A stretch of DNA of 64,000 nt from Polyangiaceae bacterium (GTDB lineage Bacteria; Myxococcota_A; Polyangia; Polyangiales; Polyangiaceae): assembly GCA_965222375.1 (NCBI GenBank), contig CBDCTZ010000015.1:288001-352000 (forward strand), read 5' to 3'. The stretch's first letter is position 1. Each line of letters starts with the position of its first letter. The notes below the pieces were generated by a model, which saw only the letters and a program-made list of their open reading frames with translations, had not been told where the DNA came from and did no database searches. Position numbers and translations under genes: made by a program. This document shows positions 27,618-37,036 of the stretch, piece by piece.

Positions 27618-28943
27618 CTATTGGAAGCCCACGCGGCGAATCACCGTGCCCTCGGCGATGTATAGGCTGTTGTTGTGGAACAGCACGTCCGTGGGTTCGG
27701 TCACCCGCGCCAACGTGCCCACCTCCTCCGCGTGGCCGGGGCTTCCGTTGCCGATCATCGTGGATACCGTGTAGGTACCCGGCGTGAAGGAGCGAATGGC
27801 GTGATTCTCTCGATCCGCGAAGAACACCGTATTGGGGCTTTCGCGCCGGGTCATACCGTGCGGGGTGTTGATGCGGGCCACATTGCCTTGCAACGAGCCA
27901 GCTCCGTCCACGAAGCCCGAAGTTCCAACCTGGCCAATCAGCGGGTCACCCGTCTTGGTGCTCCAGATCTTGCGAATCACATGGTTGCCCGCATCTGCAA
28001 CGTAGAACAGATTCCAGTTCGAAATCCAAACCAAGCCTTGGGGGCCGCTCAAATGGTTCGGGCTCTGGTTGTTGATCGGCCCGGATTGATTGTTGCCGAC
28101 GTCCACCCACATGACCTGGTTCTGACTCGGCAGCGACACGTGAACTCGGTTGTCCAATCCCCTTGCTGCCAAGAACGAGGGCGAGTTGAAGGTTGGCGTC
28201 AGAGTCGTCACCGCGCTGTTGGATAGATTGATCTCTCGGATCTTGTTGTTACCGGAATCCGCCACGTACAGCCGACCGTTCTTGACCGCCAAACCCCGGG
28301 GGCACTTGAATTGGGCGCTCGGGCCAGTCCCATCCGCGCTCCCCTCGCCGTGACCTCCGGCAATGGTCTGTACTTGTCCAGTTCCGATCGCGATACGGCG
28401 GATCGCATGAGCGGTGCTGGCATAGATGTAATTCGCATCCGCCGCCAAGCCGAACAGACCCACAAACCGCGCGTCATTGGGTGCGCCGTCTGCAAGGCCC
28501 GGCGTACCGAATCTCCCCACCCAATCCAACACACAACCCGCTGTGCTGGCGTTGCACCCCGGTGTCGTTACCTGCGCGCTCTGATTGGTCGGAACTCCGC
28601 AGACCGTCGGGCCCCAAGTGGGTGGCGCGCCTGCGGTTCCCCCGCCACCAGCGACCCCCGCACTTCCTCCGCTACCGACATTGCCAGCTTGACCTCCGGA
28701 ACCGCCCTGCGCGCCGGAGCCCGCAGCGCCCACACTCGCTCCGCTGCCCGCGCTCGCGCCGCTGCCCGCACTGGCTCCACTACCGACACTGCCCGCACTC
28801 GCGCCACTACCGGCACTCGCACCACTACCCGCGCTCGCTCCGCTACCCGCGGAACCCCCGGCACCGCCCTCGCTGAACTCTTCGCCGCCGCACGACAGCG
28901 CCGCCACACCCAGAGTCAGAAGCAAGTACCTGTGCACCATCAC
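27618..28943 (-). CDS. NHL-repeat beta-propeller lipoprotein
   Basis: ALS-C lipobox; AGSGAS repeats; P.GLA...LYVADSGNNKIR blades. Confidence 0.88.
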   Translation of the reverse strand: MMVHRYLLLTLGVAALSCGGEEFSEGGAGGSAGSGASAGSGASAGSGASAGSVGSGASAGSGASAGSGASVGAAGSGAQGGSGGQAGNVGSGGSAGVAGGGGTAGAPPTWGPTVCGVPTNQSAQVTTPGCNASTAGCVLDWVGRFGTPGLADGAPNDARFVGLFGLAADANYIYASTAHAIRRIAIGTGQVQTIAGGHGEGSADGTGPSAQFKCPRGLAVKNGRLYVADSGNNKIREINLSNSAVTTLTPTFNSPSFLAARGLDNRVHVSLPSQNQVMWVDVGNNQSGPINNQSPNHLSGPQGLVWISNWNLFYVADAGNHVIRKIWSTKTGDPLIGQVGTSGFVDGAGSLQGNVARINTPHGMTRRESPNTVFFADRENHAIRSFTPGTYTVSTMIGNGSPGHAEEVGTLARVTEPTDVLFHNNSLYIAEGTVIRRVGFQ

Positions 28944-29104
28944 CGCCCTCGTCCTGAAAAGAAAAGCCCGTCATTGATATTTATCACGACGCTGTCACGC
29001 TCGCCCGCGAAAGCCAGTGTGCGCCGATGTGTGCACCCCAGCACGGTCCGGGATTTTCCGCAGTTTTTCGGAACTCGGAGCGCTTCCTGATGTCCTGACC
29101 CGTC

Positions 29105-31270
29105 ATGCGCCGACAGCTTCTTCTTGGTTCCCTCTTCATATTTGCGCTTACAGGCTGCTCCGCCAGCGGCGGACAGGGCGCGGAATCACCGGCGGGTGTG
29201 CTGCCGTTGAAGCGCTTGCGTTTGTACGAAACCGGCGTGGGCTACTTCGAGCGAAGCGGTCGAATGGGTGGCGCTGACGTCGCACTGCCCGTGCCCGCGG
29301 CTCACGTCGATGACGCACTGAAAAGCTTGATTGTCGTGGGCGAAGACGGCCGCGCCAGCGTCAGTGCCATCGAATTCGAAAGCGTGGTCAGCAAAGGCAT
29401 GGCCCGCGCGCTGGCTGGCTTGCCCCAGGACGCAGAAAAGGCTGTGGATTTTCGCGGTGTACTCGGCGGTATGAAAGGCGCCTGGGTCGAGGTGCGCACC
29501 GAGGATGAGACCTTCAAAGCCCGAGTCTTGGATGTATTCGACGCACCTCTGATGAAGAATACGAAGTCGGACGACGGTGACAAGGACAAGAAGGACACTG
29601 ACGATGATGGAGACGACGGGTCACCGCCCAGAGCAGCCAACGATCCATGGCTGTTGCTCCAGACGAGTGAAGGGGAGATCCGCCGGCTGCACGGCTCCCA
29701 GCTGCGAGGCCTGAAGCCGACGAGTGCAGCCCTAGCCGATCGCATTGATGATGCGGCCGAAACGCTCAGCGTGCGCGCGGCCCGGGCTCAGCGCACCTTG
29801 CGGGTGCTGGCGTCGAGCGAACGACCCGTCACTCTCGGCTACATCGCGGAGGTTCCTGTTTGGCGCACCTCCTACCGACTGGTCATCGACGGCAAGTCAG
29901 ACCAAGCCATGCTCCAGGGCTGGGCGTTGATCCACAACGACTCCGACGAACCTTGGAAGAAGGTCGAAGTGGAGCTCGTCAGCGGCCGTCCCGACTCCTT
30001 CCTCTTCCCTCTGGCTGCGCCCCGCTACTCGCGCCGCAACCTGGCCGAGCCCGCCGAACAGCTCTCGACCGTGCCCCAGCTCGTGGACCGAACTCCGGAT
30101 CAGATTTGGGGCGACAACGTGGATCTGGTTAGCCACGGTGGCGGAACCGGCACGGGCCAGGGCTACGGTTCCGGTTACGGGCGCATATCCCGGGCGCCCC
30201 GGGTTCGAATGGGGTCAACCAGCGTCAGCGGTCGAGTCAGCGCCAGCAACGAACTCGCCATTGGCAACCTCGCGGCGATTGCGCCAGCTACGGGCGTCGA
30301 AAGCGGTGCCCTGTTCAGCTACAAGCTCGCGCAGGCGGTCGAACTCCGTGCACATGGCTCTGCCCTGGTGCCCTTGTTCTCCCAGCGCGTGCCGGTTCGC
30401 CGCCTGACCTGGTTTTCGAAGCCCGGAGAAGCGGGGCGAAGCGCGCTGCGCCTCAGCAACGGCACGCGCCAAACCTTGCCTGCGGGAACCGTGAGTGTCT
30501 ACGAGCGCAAGGCCTTCGCCGGCGAGTCCGGCCTCGATCGCCTCAAGCCCACTCAACGTACCTTCTTCGAATTTGGAATCGACCTGGACGTCGAGCTGGA
30601 CGCCAAGAAGTCCAAGCGTGAGGATTCCACCAAACGCGTCGTGATGGACAAGGGCTCGCTCATCGAGCACTTCGTGCGTCGCCACGTTCGCAAGTACGAG
30701 ATCGAAAATCGAAGCACCCAGATGCGCCTGGTCGCCTTGAAACTCGACGTGGTGAACAACGCCAAGGCCACGGGCGCGAACGAAATGGACTACGACGCGA
30801 GCAACCGGCGCCCGATTGCGGTGTTCAAGGTTCCGGCCCGGTCCAAGGCTGAGCGCAAACTGGAAATCGACGAAGCATTGCAGCGAGACTTCAGTGTCGG
30901 CAGCCTGCAGACCGACGACCTCGAACGAATGATGGAAGCCGAGGCCCTCAAGAGCGTCGACAAGGCGCGACTGAAGGCGGCCCTCGTCGTGCTGAAGGCC
31001 GCAGAGAAGGTCGAGGACGAAAAGGGCGAAGCTGAAGCGGAGAAGAGCACCACGGAGTCTGATCTCGAACGCCTGCGAGGTCACCTCAAGGCCATGGGCG
31101 ACAAGGGCGGAGCTGCCGCCGGCGCCAACCCCATCGTCACCCGCATCTTGGCCGCCGAAGACAAGCTCACCGACGTGCGCAAGAAGATCAAAGCCCTCGA
31201 CACCAGATACAAATCCGAACTCGACCGCCTCAAAGAAGAACTCGCCCCCCTAGGCGCAGCAGAAAGCTGA
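29105..31270 (+). CDS. DUF4139-like lipoprotein with C-terminal coiled coil
   Basis: LTG-C; LYETGVGYFER, DDALKSL, WRTSYRL, LQGWA..HN..EPWK.V..ELVSGRP. Confidence 0.8.
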   Translation: MRRQLLLGSLFIFALTGCSASGGQGAESPAGVLPLKRLRLYETGVGYFERSGRMGGADVALPVPAAHVDDALKSLIVVGEDGRASVSAIEFESVVSKGMARALAGLPQDAEKAVDFRGVLGGMKGAWVEVRTEDETFKARVLDVFDAPLMKNTKSDDGDKDKKDTDDDGDDGSPPRAANDPWLLLQTSEGEIRRLHGSQLRGLKPTSAALADRIDDAAETLSVRAARAQRTLRVLASSERPVTLGYIAEVPVWRTSYRLVIDGKSDQAMLQGWALIHNDSDEPWKKVEVELVSGRPDSFLFPLAAPRYSRRNLAEPAEQLSTVPQLVDRTPDQIWGDNVDLVSHGGGTGTGQGYGSGYGRISRAPRVRMGSTSVSGRVSASNELAIGNLAAIAPATGVESGALFSYKLAQAVELRAHGSALVPLFSQRVPVRRLTWFSKPGEAGRSALRLSNGTRQTLPAGTVSVYERKAFAGESGLDRLKPTQRTFFEFGIDLDVELDAKKSKREDSTKRVVMDKGSLIEHFVRRHVRKYEIENRSTQMRLVALKLDVVNNAKATGANEMDYDASNRRPIAVFKVPARSKAERKLEIDEALQRDFSVGSLQTDDLERMMEAEALKSVDKARLKAALVVLKAAEKVEDEKGEAEAEKSTTESDLERLRGHLKAMGDKGGAAAGANPIVTRILAAEDKLTDVRKKIKALDTRYKSELDRLKEELAPLGAAES

Positions 31271-31315
31271 CCGCGACAGCAATCCAATCCCGAACAACGA
31301 CCCCAGAATGCCGCC

Positions 31316-31365
31316 TTGAAGTTTGGGGTCGCGTCGCCGTGTCACCATGCAGCACTACTCCCGCG
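31316..31365 (+). repeat. Dispersed bipartite motif, copy D
   Basis: TTGAAGTTTGGGGTCG-N23-CTACTCCCGCG. Confidence 0.7.
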
Positions 31366-31488
31366 CGTCGTCCCATATCCCGGCAGCGCGGTGCTTGGAC
31401 GAGCGGTGCGGCGCAGCCGCGTCGCGGTCAAGCCGATCATTTGAGATGGCCACGACAGAATGCTGAAAGGCCGCGGGAGGTCTGAAGC

Positions 31489-32211
31489 ATGAAATGGGCG
31501 TGGCTTGCGGGCTTGACCTGTATCTCATTGATGGGAGCATGTTCGTCTGACGATTTCCAATCTGCCGGGACCGGCGCGACCGGTGGCTCCGGTGCGACGG
31601 GGGCAAGCGCGGGAGCAAGCGGCGGAAGCGCGGGCGCGAGCGGAAGCGCGGGCGCGAGTGGCGGCGCTGCAGGAGCAAGCGGCGGAGCCGCGGGTGCAAC
31701 CGGTGGCAGCGCTGGCGCGACAGGCGGAACTGCCGGCACCGGAGGTGGGCCCGGCGGGGCGGGTGGGGCGTCTGGAGGAGCTGGCGGAGCGTCGGGAGGA
31801 GCGGGCGGCACGAGCGGATGCACGGCCATCACCGCATCGAACTTTGTGAAGTCACCGCCCTCCACTATGAACTACGCGGTGGCTCCCGCCCTTCCGGCCG
31901 GAGCCACGAGCGGCACATTGGAGGTCCTCAAGCCGCCCGTGGTGGGCAGCGTAATCCTCGGCCAAGGAGACCACGCTAACTACAACACGTGCAGCTCCTG
32001 CTTGTTGGTGAGCGCTGGGCTGAAGCGCTACTTCGCAGACAGCGGCATCCTGAAGGTCACTGCGCTCGGAGCCAGCAACATCCGGTTCGCGGGTGAGCTA
32101 AAGAACGTGAAGCTGGTAGAGGTCACCATCGACGGCTCGACGTTCAAAAGCACGCCGGTTCCGGGCGGCGAATGTCTGACCATCTCGTCAGCGACTTTTG
32201 ACACTCGATGA
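31489..32211 (+). CDS. Lipoprotein with Gly/Ala linker
   Basis: MGA-C lipobox; NYNTCSSCLLV...GELKNVKLVEVTI C-terminal domain. Confidence 0.8.
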   Translation: MKWAWLAGLTCISLMGACSSDDFQSAGTGATGGSGATGASAGASGGSAGASGSAGASGGAAGASGGAAGATGGSAGATGGTAGTGGGPGGAGGASGGAGGASGGAGGTSGCTAITASNFVKSPPSTMNYAVAPALPAGATSGTLEVLKPPVVGSVILGQGDHANYNTCSSCLLVSAGLKRYFADSGILKVTALGASNIRFAGELKNVKLVEVTIDGSTFKSTPVPGGECLTISSATFDTR

Positions 32212-32252
32212 GCCCGGCTACGCAGAGCGGAACTCCGCACCACCGGCCCCTG

Positions 32253-32305
32253 CGCGAGATTAGGGCAGCTACGCGCGCCAGGTCCGCGACTCCAAAAAAA
32301 CCAAA
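32253..32305 (-). repeat. Dispersed bipartite motif, copy B
   Basis: Minus strand TTTGGTTTTTTTGGAGTCG-N23-CTAATCTCGCG. Confidence 0.75.
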
Positions 32306-32309
32306 GGCT

Positions 32310-33704
32310 TCAACCTAGGACTTCTAGGGCGTAGTCGTGGGGGTTGCTGCCGCTGACTCGAACTACGAGCAACTTGCCAGGCTCGAAGTTGCTGCGCATG
32401 ACCTCGATGATGTTCGTTTCGATACTGGAGTAGTAGGCGGGGGCGTCGTCGGGAGTGATCAGCAGGTCGAGCTTCACCTCGATGCTCTCGCCCTGAGCCC
32501 CACCGATCTTCGTCTGGCCGAGTATGTGAGCGGCATAGGCCTTCCCGCGGGCACGCTGGTTGGACGTCTTTCTGGCAGAGATGAGTGACATCAACCCGAT
32601 CGGAGTGAGCAGCACACCGAGGGCTCCGCCACCGAGAATGGACGCCGAGAAGCCCATCGCGGAGCAGTCCTGGCCCAGGTCCAGCAGCGCCATCGCGACC
32701 GGCATGCCGATCCCCGTTGCGGCCCAGATCAGCGAGTAGACTCCCATGATCAACAACAAGATGCCAGCCAGGGTGCTGCCCTCGACCTGCGATGGATCCA
32801 AGTTGCCGATGCGCCGCTCCGCTTCCGGTTCGCTCTTGGGACACAGCCGCCAACTTGCGTGCGAAGCGATGAAGCGTTGAGTGCGACGACGGGCCAAAGG
32901 GCCCAGGTCGCGTTTGACGGAGGTGAGAGCATCCACAGCAACGGCCTGTTGGTCCATCTGCTCCCAAGCGTTGGCGCACAGCACGGCGCATTCCGGTGCG
33001 TAGGCGTGGCTCAGAGGAATGTCCGCGCCCGCTCCCAGCGTCGCCACCACCGAACGGTAGTCACGACGTGCGGTCGCCAAGTAGGCACTCGCGAATCGGT
33101 ACGCCGTGTCGGCCAGGAGATCTTCGCTCTTGGGGTCGCAGGTGGCGAGCCACGCCTGCGCGGCCGCCATGTCTCCGGCTCTCAACGCACTACGCGCGAG
33201 TTGTGCGCGCATGACTTGTTGGTGCTTGGCCTCCGGCGTCACCGCCAGCGCGCTATCCACCAGAGCGCGCTGCCCCAGGAGGTCCCCGCGATCAAAGGCC
33301 AGCTCTGCGAGTCCAATGCTCAGAGCCACGAGCCGCTGCGCAGCGGCGGGATCCGCATGCTGACGCAAGTGATTGCGCAGGCCCTGCCACTGCGCGCGCG
33401 CTTGGGCCTCCAAGGTCGGAGCGATGCGCTCACCGATAAAAAAAGACGCAATATCCTGGGGAGGCAGATAGCGGCGCTCTTGCCCCGCCAAGATCTCCAA
33501 GCGTTCGCTCTCACTGCGCGCACGGGGTGGCACCGCGGCGGCTTCGCTGCGCATGCGCACTTCGACGGGCGCGCGGCAATAGCCGCAAGTCGCGCTCCCG
33601 GCGTCCTTGGCGATCTCTACCGGCGCGCCGCATTGGTCGCACAGCAGGTAGCGACGCGCTTGCTCGAACGCCTGGGTCGGACTTGCGGATTGACCAGCGT
33701 GCAT
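32310..33704 (-). CDS. Zinc-ribbon / TPR-like / 2-TM membrane protein (paralog 2)
   Basis: CDQCGAP...CGYC; helical repeats with WL..CDP.S..L.ADTAYR; two TMs; beta C-terminus. Confidence 0.8.
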   Translation of the reverse strand: MHAGQSASPTQAFEQARRYLLCDQCGAPVEIAKDAGSATCGYCRAPVEVRMRSEAAAVPPRARSESERLEILAGQERRYLPPQDIASFFIGERIAPTLEAQARAQWQGLRNHLRQHADPAAAQRLVALSIGLAELAFDRGDLLGQRALVDSALAVTPEAKHQQVMRAQLARSALRAGDMAAAQAWLATCDPKSEDLLADTAYRFASAYLATARRDYRSVVATLGAGADIPLSHAYAPECAVLCANAWEQMDQQAVAVDALTSVKRDLGPLARRRTQRFIASHASWRLCPKSEPEAERRIGNLDPSQVEGSTLAGILLLIMGVYSLIWAATGIGMPVAMALLDLGQDCSAMGFSASILGGGALGVLLTPIGLMSLISARKTSNQRARGKAYAAHILGQTKIGGAQGESIEVKLDLLITPDDAPAYYSSIETNIIEVMRSNFEPGKLLVVRVSGSNPHDYALEVLG

Positions 33705-33706
33705 GC

Positions 33707-35047
33707 TCAATCCAACTCGATCTGTACCGCGCCGCGGTTGTCCGGGTCCATGCGCACGACGACCAAAGCTCCCGGCATGAAGCGGTGGCGCATTTCGGTG
33801 TCCGCGTGGAACATACTGTGCGCAAGAAACGGAGCTCCGTGCTGCGGCAGCACCAGCACGCGGTAGAGGAGCTGCGGCACTCCCATGGTCGCCTGCCCCG
33901 TGCCTCGTGCGTGCACAATCCGTGCGGGAGCGGGAATGCCGCTCTCGCGTAGGCGACGCGCGTGCGCCGTCTTGCGATAGTCGACGATGCCAACGACGCC
34001 GAAAACCGTACCGAGCAGGCCACCCAGGCCAAGGGCGAAGTGACCTCCACCCCATACGCCAAACGCGATCAGTATCAAGCCGACGACAAGCCCGATCCCG
34101 CCGCTGACAACCGCCGCACCGATGGCAAACCAGGCCGCCCCGGCGGCCTTGCCGGCAACGCGAATGCCGCGATCTCGCTGCTGCTCATCGGCGAGATCCG
34201 CGCTCCGCGGGCAGAGACCCGCGTTGCTAGCAATGAACTGCGCGCACAGGTAGCGCTCGAAGGGCGAGCTATTCTGGTTGAAGGCGTCGAGGGCGGCTAC
34301 GGCCAGGTCGACCCGCCCCAAGTTCTCGAAGGCGTTTGCCTGCAACGCGACGCAGAGGCCTTCGTACTCGTTGTAAAAGGGTACACTGCCCGGGGCACGC
34401 CCGAGCACCGCCAGCACGGCATCGTGGCGTCGCTGCGCCGTGTCGATGCTTGCCCGCGCCAGCCGATACGCGGTGTCCGCGCGCAGCTCAATCGAGGTTG
34501 GGTCGCACAGCCCGAGCCAAGACTCCGCCGCCTGCAAGTCACCAGCACGGCAAGCACTTCGGCACAGCGCGCCGCACAACATCTGGCGAAAGACGGGCTC
34601 TTGGGTCGCGTCCAGGGCGGCTTCCAACAAGCTGCGCGCTCGGAGCGGATCACCTTCGTCCTCGAAGTGGTCGGCAAGAGCCACGCTCAGACGATGCAGC
34701 AGGCGCTCGACTTGGTAGTCGTGGTTGCCGTCGGCTTCTACGCGCGCCGTCTTCCAACGCGCCAGGGCGTCACCCATCTTCCAGGGCAAGAGTTCGAGCC
34801 CCGCGAACAGATGCTCGACGGCTTTGGGTGGACGCACGCTGCCGCGGTCGGCTTGGCGCAGTCGCTCCAAGCGCTCTGCCTCAGGCATGGCCGCGGACCG
34901 CGTTACCGCTCGCGACGCCGCCTCTGCGTCCTGCGAGCCGCCGCAGTGGCTGCAGTCTTGTCGACCACCCGCCTCGCCCACGGCAATGGGCGCCCCACAG
35001 GCGTTGCAAGTAACGACGCGGATTTCGAAGGAAAAGACGGTCTTCAC
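33707..35047 (-). CDS. Zinc-ribbon / TPR-like / 2-TM membrane protein (paralog 1)
   Basis: CNACGAP...CSHC; same WL..CDP.S..L.ADTAYR motif; PG..VVVR.DP.N C-terminus; GTG start inferred. Confidence 0.8.
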   Translation of the reverse strand: MKTVFSFEIRVVTCNACGAPIAVGEAGGRQDCSHCGGSQDAEAASRAVTRSAAMPEAERLERLRQADRGSVRPPKAVEHLFAGLELLPWKMGDALARWKTARVEADGNHDYQVERLLHRLSVALADHFEDEGDPLRARSLLEAALDATQEPVFRQMLCGALCRSACRAGDLQAAESWLGLCDPTSIELRADTAYRLARASIDTAQRRHDAVLAVLGRAPGSVPFYNEYEGLCVALQANAFENLGRVDLAVAALDAFNQNSSPFERYLCAQFIASNAGLCPRSADLADEQQRDRGIRVAGKAAGAAWFAIGAAVVSGGIGLVVGLILIAFGVWGGGHFALGLGGLLGTVFGVVGIVDYRKTAHARRLRESGIPAPARIVHARGTGQATMGVPQLLYRVLVLPQHGAPFLAHSMFHADTEMRHRFMPGALVVVRMDPDNRGAVQIELD

Positions 35048-35183
35048 GTCGCCCCGCCCGGACGCTAGCGCAGTCGCGCTCCGTTCAAAACCCGAGCTGG
35101 AGCACCGAGCCAGCCGCTCGGGCCGGCGGATTGCCCAGCCGCCGCGAACGTGCCATGACTTTTCAGCTTTCTTGGAGGGACCA

Positions 35184-35918
35184 ATGGACGCGCGACACGT
35201 TGCGGGGGCAGTTTTTTCGGCGGCAACCTTGTTTTTGGGTTGTGGCGGTTCGTCGACCATCGAAGGCACTGGGGGCTCCGGCGCTCAGGCCGGCAGCGGT
35301 GCGTTCAGCGGCGGCGGCGGCTCCGGCGCAGGTGGGGGCAACGGTGGCAGCGGAGCCTTCGGCGCCAATGGCGGCACCGGAGCCGGGGCGGGCAATGGCG
35401 GCACGGGCGCCGGGGCGGGCAATGGCGGCACGGGTGCGGGCGGCGGCAGCGGCGGTTCGATCCCGCTGACGGAGATCGAAAAAGTCTGCGCACAGATTGA
35501 CAAGCTGCCCTGCAAGGTCGATCAGTGCGTCGCCGAAGCCACGGCGAGCGCCGCTGAGGCCCTCAAGAACGGCTGTAGCGGCGAGTTCAAGGCGCTGCTC
35601 GACTGCACCCTGGCCAACCCGTGGCTCTGCGTCGCTGGCAAAGACGACCCCCAGGTCAACAAGGCCTGCGAGGCGGCCTTGGACGCCTTCTCCACATGTA
35701 TGTCTCCAAGCGATTGCATCAGCGGAGGCAGCAGTGCCGGCGATTGCAACATCAGCTGTTCCGGACCTAACGGCTATGGCGCCGAGTGCAAGCCCTCGCC
35801 CAATGGCACGCTCACGTGTCGCTGCACCCAGGGCCCCTTCGTTGGAAAGTCATTCAGCGTCCTCGGCACCTGTTCCCAAGACTGGACCGACGAAGCCGAA
35901 AAGCAGTGCGCCCCGTGA
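35184..35918 (+). CDS. Cys-rich lipoprotein
   Basis: FLG-C lipobox, GAGNGGTGA repeats, Cys-rich C-terminus. Confidence 0.8.
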   Translation: MDARHVAGAVFSAATLFLGCGGSSTIEGTGGSGAQAGSGAFSGGGGSGAGGGNGGSGAFGANGGTGAGAGNGGTGAGAGNGGTGAGGGSGGSIPLTEIEKVCAQIDKLPCKVDQCVAEATASAAEALKNGCSGEFKALLDCTLANPWLCVAGKDDPQVNKACEAALDAFSTCMSPSDCISGGSSAGDCNISCSGPNGYGAECKPSPNGTLTCRCTQGPFVGKSFSVLGTCSQDWTDEAEKQCAP

Positions 35919-36262
35919 GCGAGCTGTTTGATCGCGCACGACGGCACGACGCCCGGGATGCACTTTTCGGCGGCAAAGCCGTGGTGCGAGTCTGGAACCT
36001 GGACGCTGCGCCCCTGCCCCCCTTCACCGCCACGCTAGCTTGCGAGTTGGAAGCCGGGGGCAGCGTCGGGCGGCATGTGCAAGAAGAGTACGCCGAGATC
36101 GTGTTGGGGCTTTCCGGCGACGGCCAAGCCTCGGTCAACGGTGAGCCCCAACCCCTTCGGGCTGGCGCGGTCGTGCAGTTGCCCCTGGGCTCCGTTCTTT
36201 CGATCGACAACAACTCGGCTTCCAAGCCGCTGCGCTACCTGATCATCAAAGCGCGGGGCTGA
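35915..36262 (+). CDS. Cupin-domain protein
   Basis: LEAGGSVGRH...EIV..LSG.G...VNG...LRAG...IDN; GTGA overlap. Confidence 0.8.
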   Translation: MSELFDRARRHDARDALFGGKAVVRVWNLDAAPLPPFTATLACELEAGGSVGRHVQEEYAEIVLGLSGDGQASVNGEPQPLRAGAVVQLPLGSVLSIDNNSASKPLRYLIIKARG

Positions 36263-36320
36263 GGGGCGCGCGGTTCACCCGCCTCGTCCCGCGGACCCAG
36301 GCGACCACTCCCTGTTTCTC

Positions 36321-36881
36321 TCAACGCCCCATTCGATAAAACGTCGCGCCCGAAGCGTTTAGAGGCGTCGGTGCGTTCTTCAGCGCGCGACCCATGGCCT
36401 CGACGGCCTCGGTGTCGACGTACAACCCCGGCCCCCAACCCTCGGTCTCTTCGTCCCGGCGCGAAGCCGCATCGGCATACAGGGCTTTCCGAAACGGCTC
36501 GCTGGCATGCGCCACTCGCACCAGCCCGCCCTTGTCGAAAGGGTCCAATTCCACGATGCCATCCTCTTCGTCGATCCAGCGCCCACCGAAGGTGAGGACG
36601 GCCGTGGTTTCGAAGTTGCGACCCTTCAGCCGCGCGCGGGTCATCTTCAACCACACGATCGGATCTTCTTCCTGACGATCGTCGGCCATCTCCACGTAGA
36701 CGGCATGACCCAGATCAACTGCGTGTAGGTCCGTGCCCAGGGGGAACTGTTTGACGCAGTCTCTGAGCAGCCTCGAAAACTCGGTCAGGCGCTCCACGAA
36801 GGGATCGCGTTCCAACGCGTATTCTTCATTTTCTACGTCGTAGTAGCTGAGAAAGAGCCCGTAAGCGTTTTCGTCAATCAT
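36321..36881 (-). CDS. Hypothetical protein, possibly a degenerate class III nucleotidyl-cyclase fold
   Basis: Acidic globular ORF; segment order resembles the cyclase core (see findings). Confidence 0.65.
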   Translation of the reverse strand: MIDENAYGLFLSYYDVENEEYALERDPFVERLTEFSRLLRDCVKQFPLGTDLHAVDLGHAVYVEMADDRQEEDPIVWLKMTRARLKGRNFETTAVLTFGGRWIDEEDGIVELDPFDKGGLVRVAHASEPFRKALYADAASRRDEETEGWGPGLYVDTEAVEAMGRALKNAPTPLNASGATFYRMGR

Positions 36882-37036
36882 CGCGAGGGGCGGAACTGTA
36901 CACGAGATGGCCAAGCCCTTGTGCCACTGCGTGCCAGGCTGAGCACAGGCGACTTCACCGTCAGAGCGGGTCGACGGTTGCGCCGGAAAAGCGTGGCCAG
37001 AGTGTCTTGGCACGCCCGATGCTCAAGGGTCCCTGC

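Noticed and set aside
31298..31331. CGACCCCA...TGGGGTCG hairpin as a terminator
   Set aside because: Large loop and no U-tract; better explained as an inverted half-site beside motif copy D
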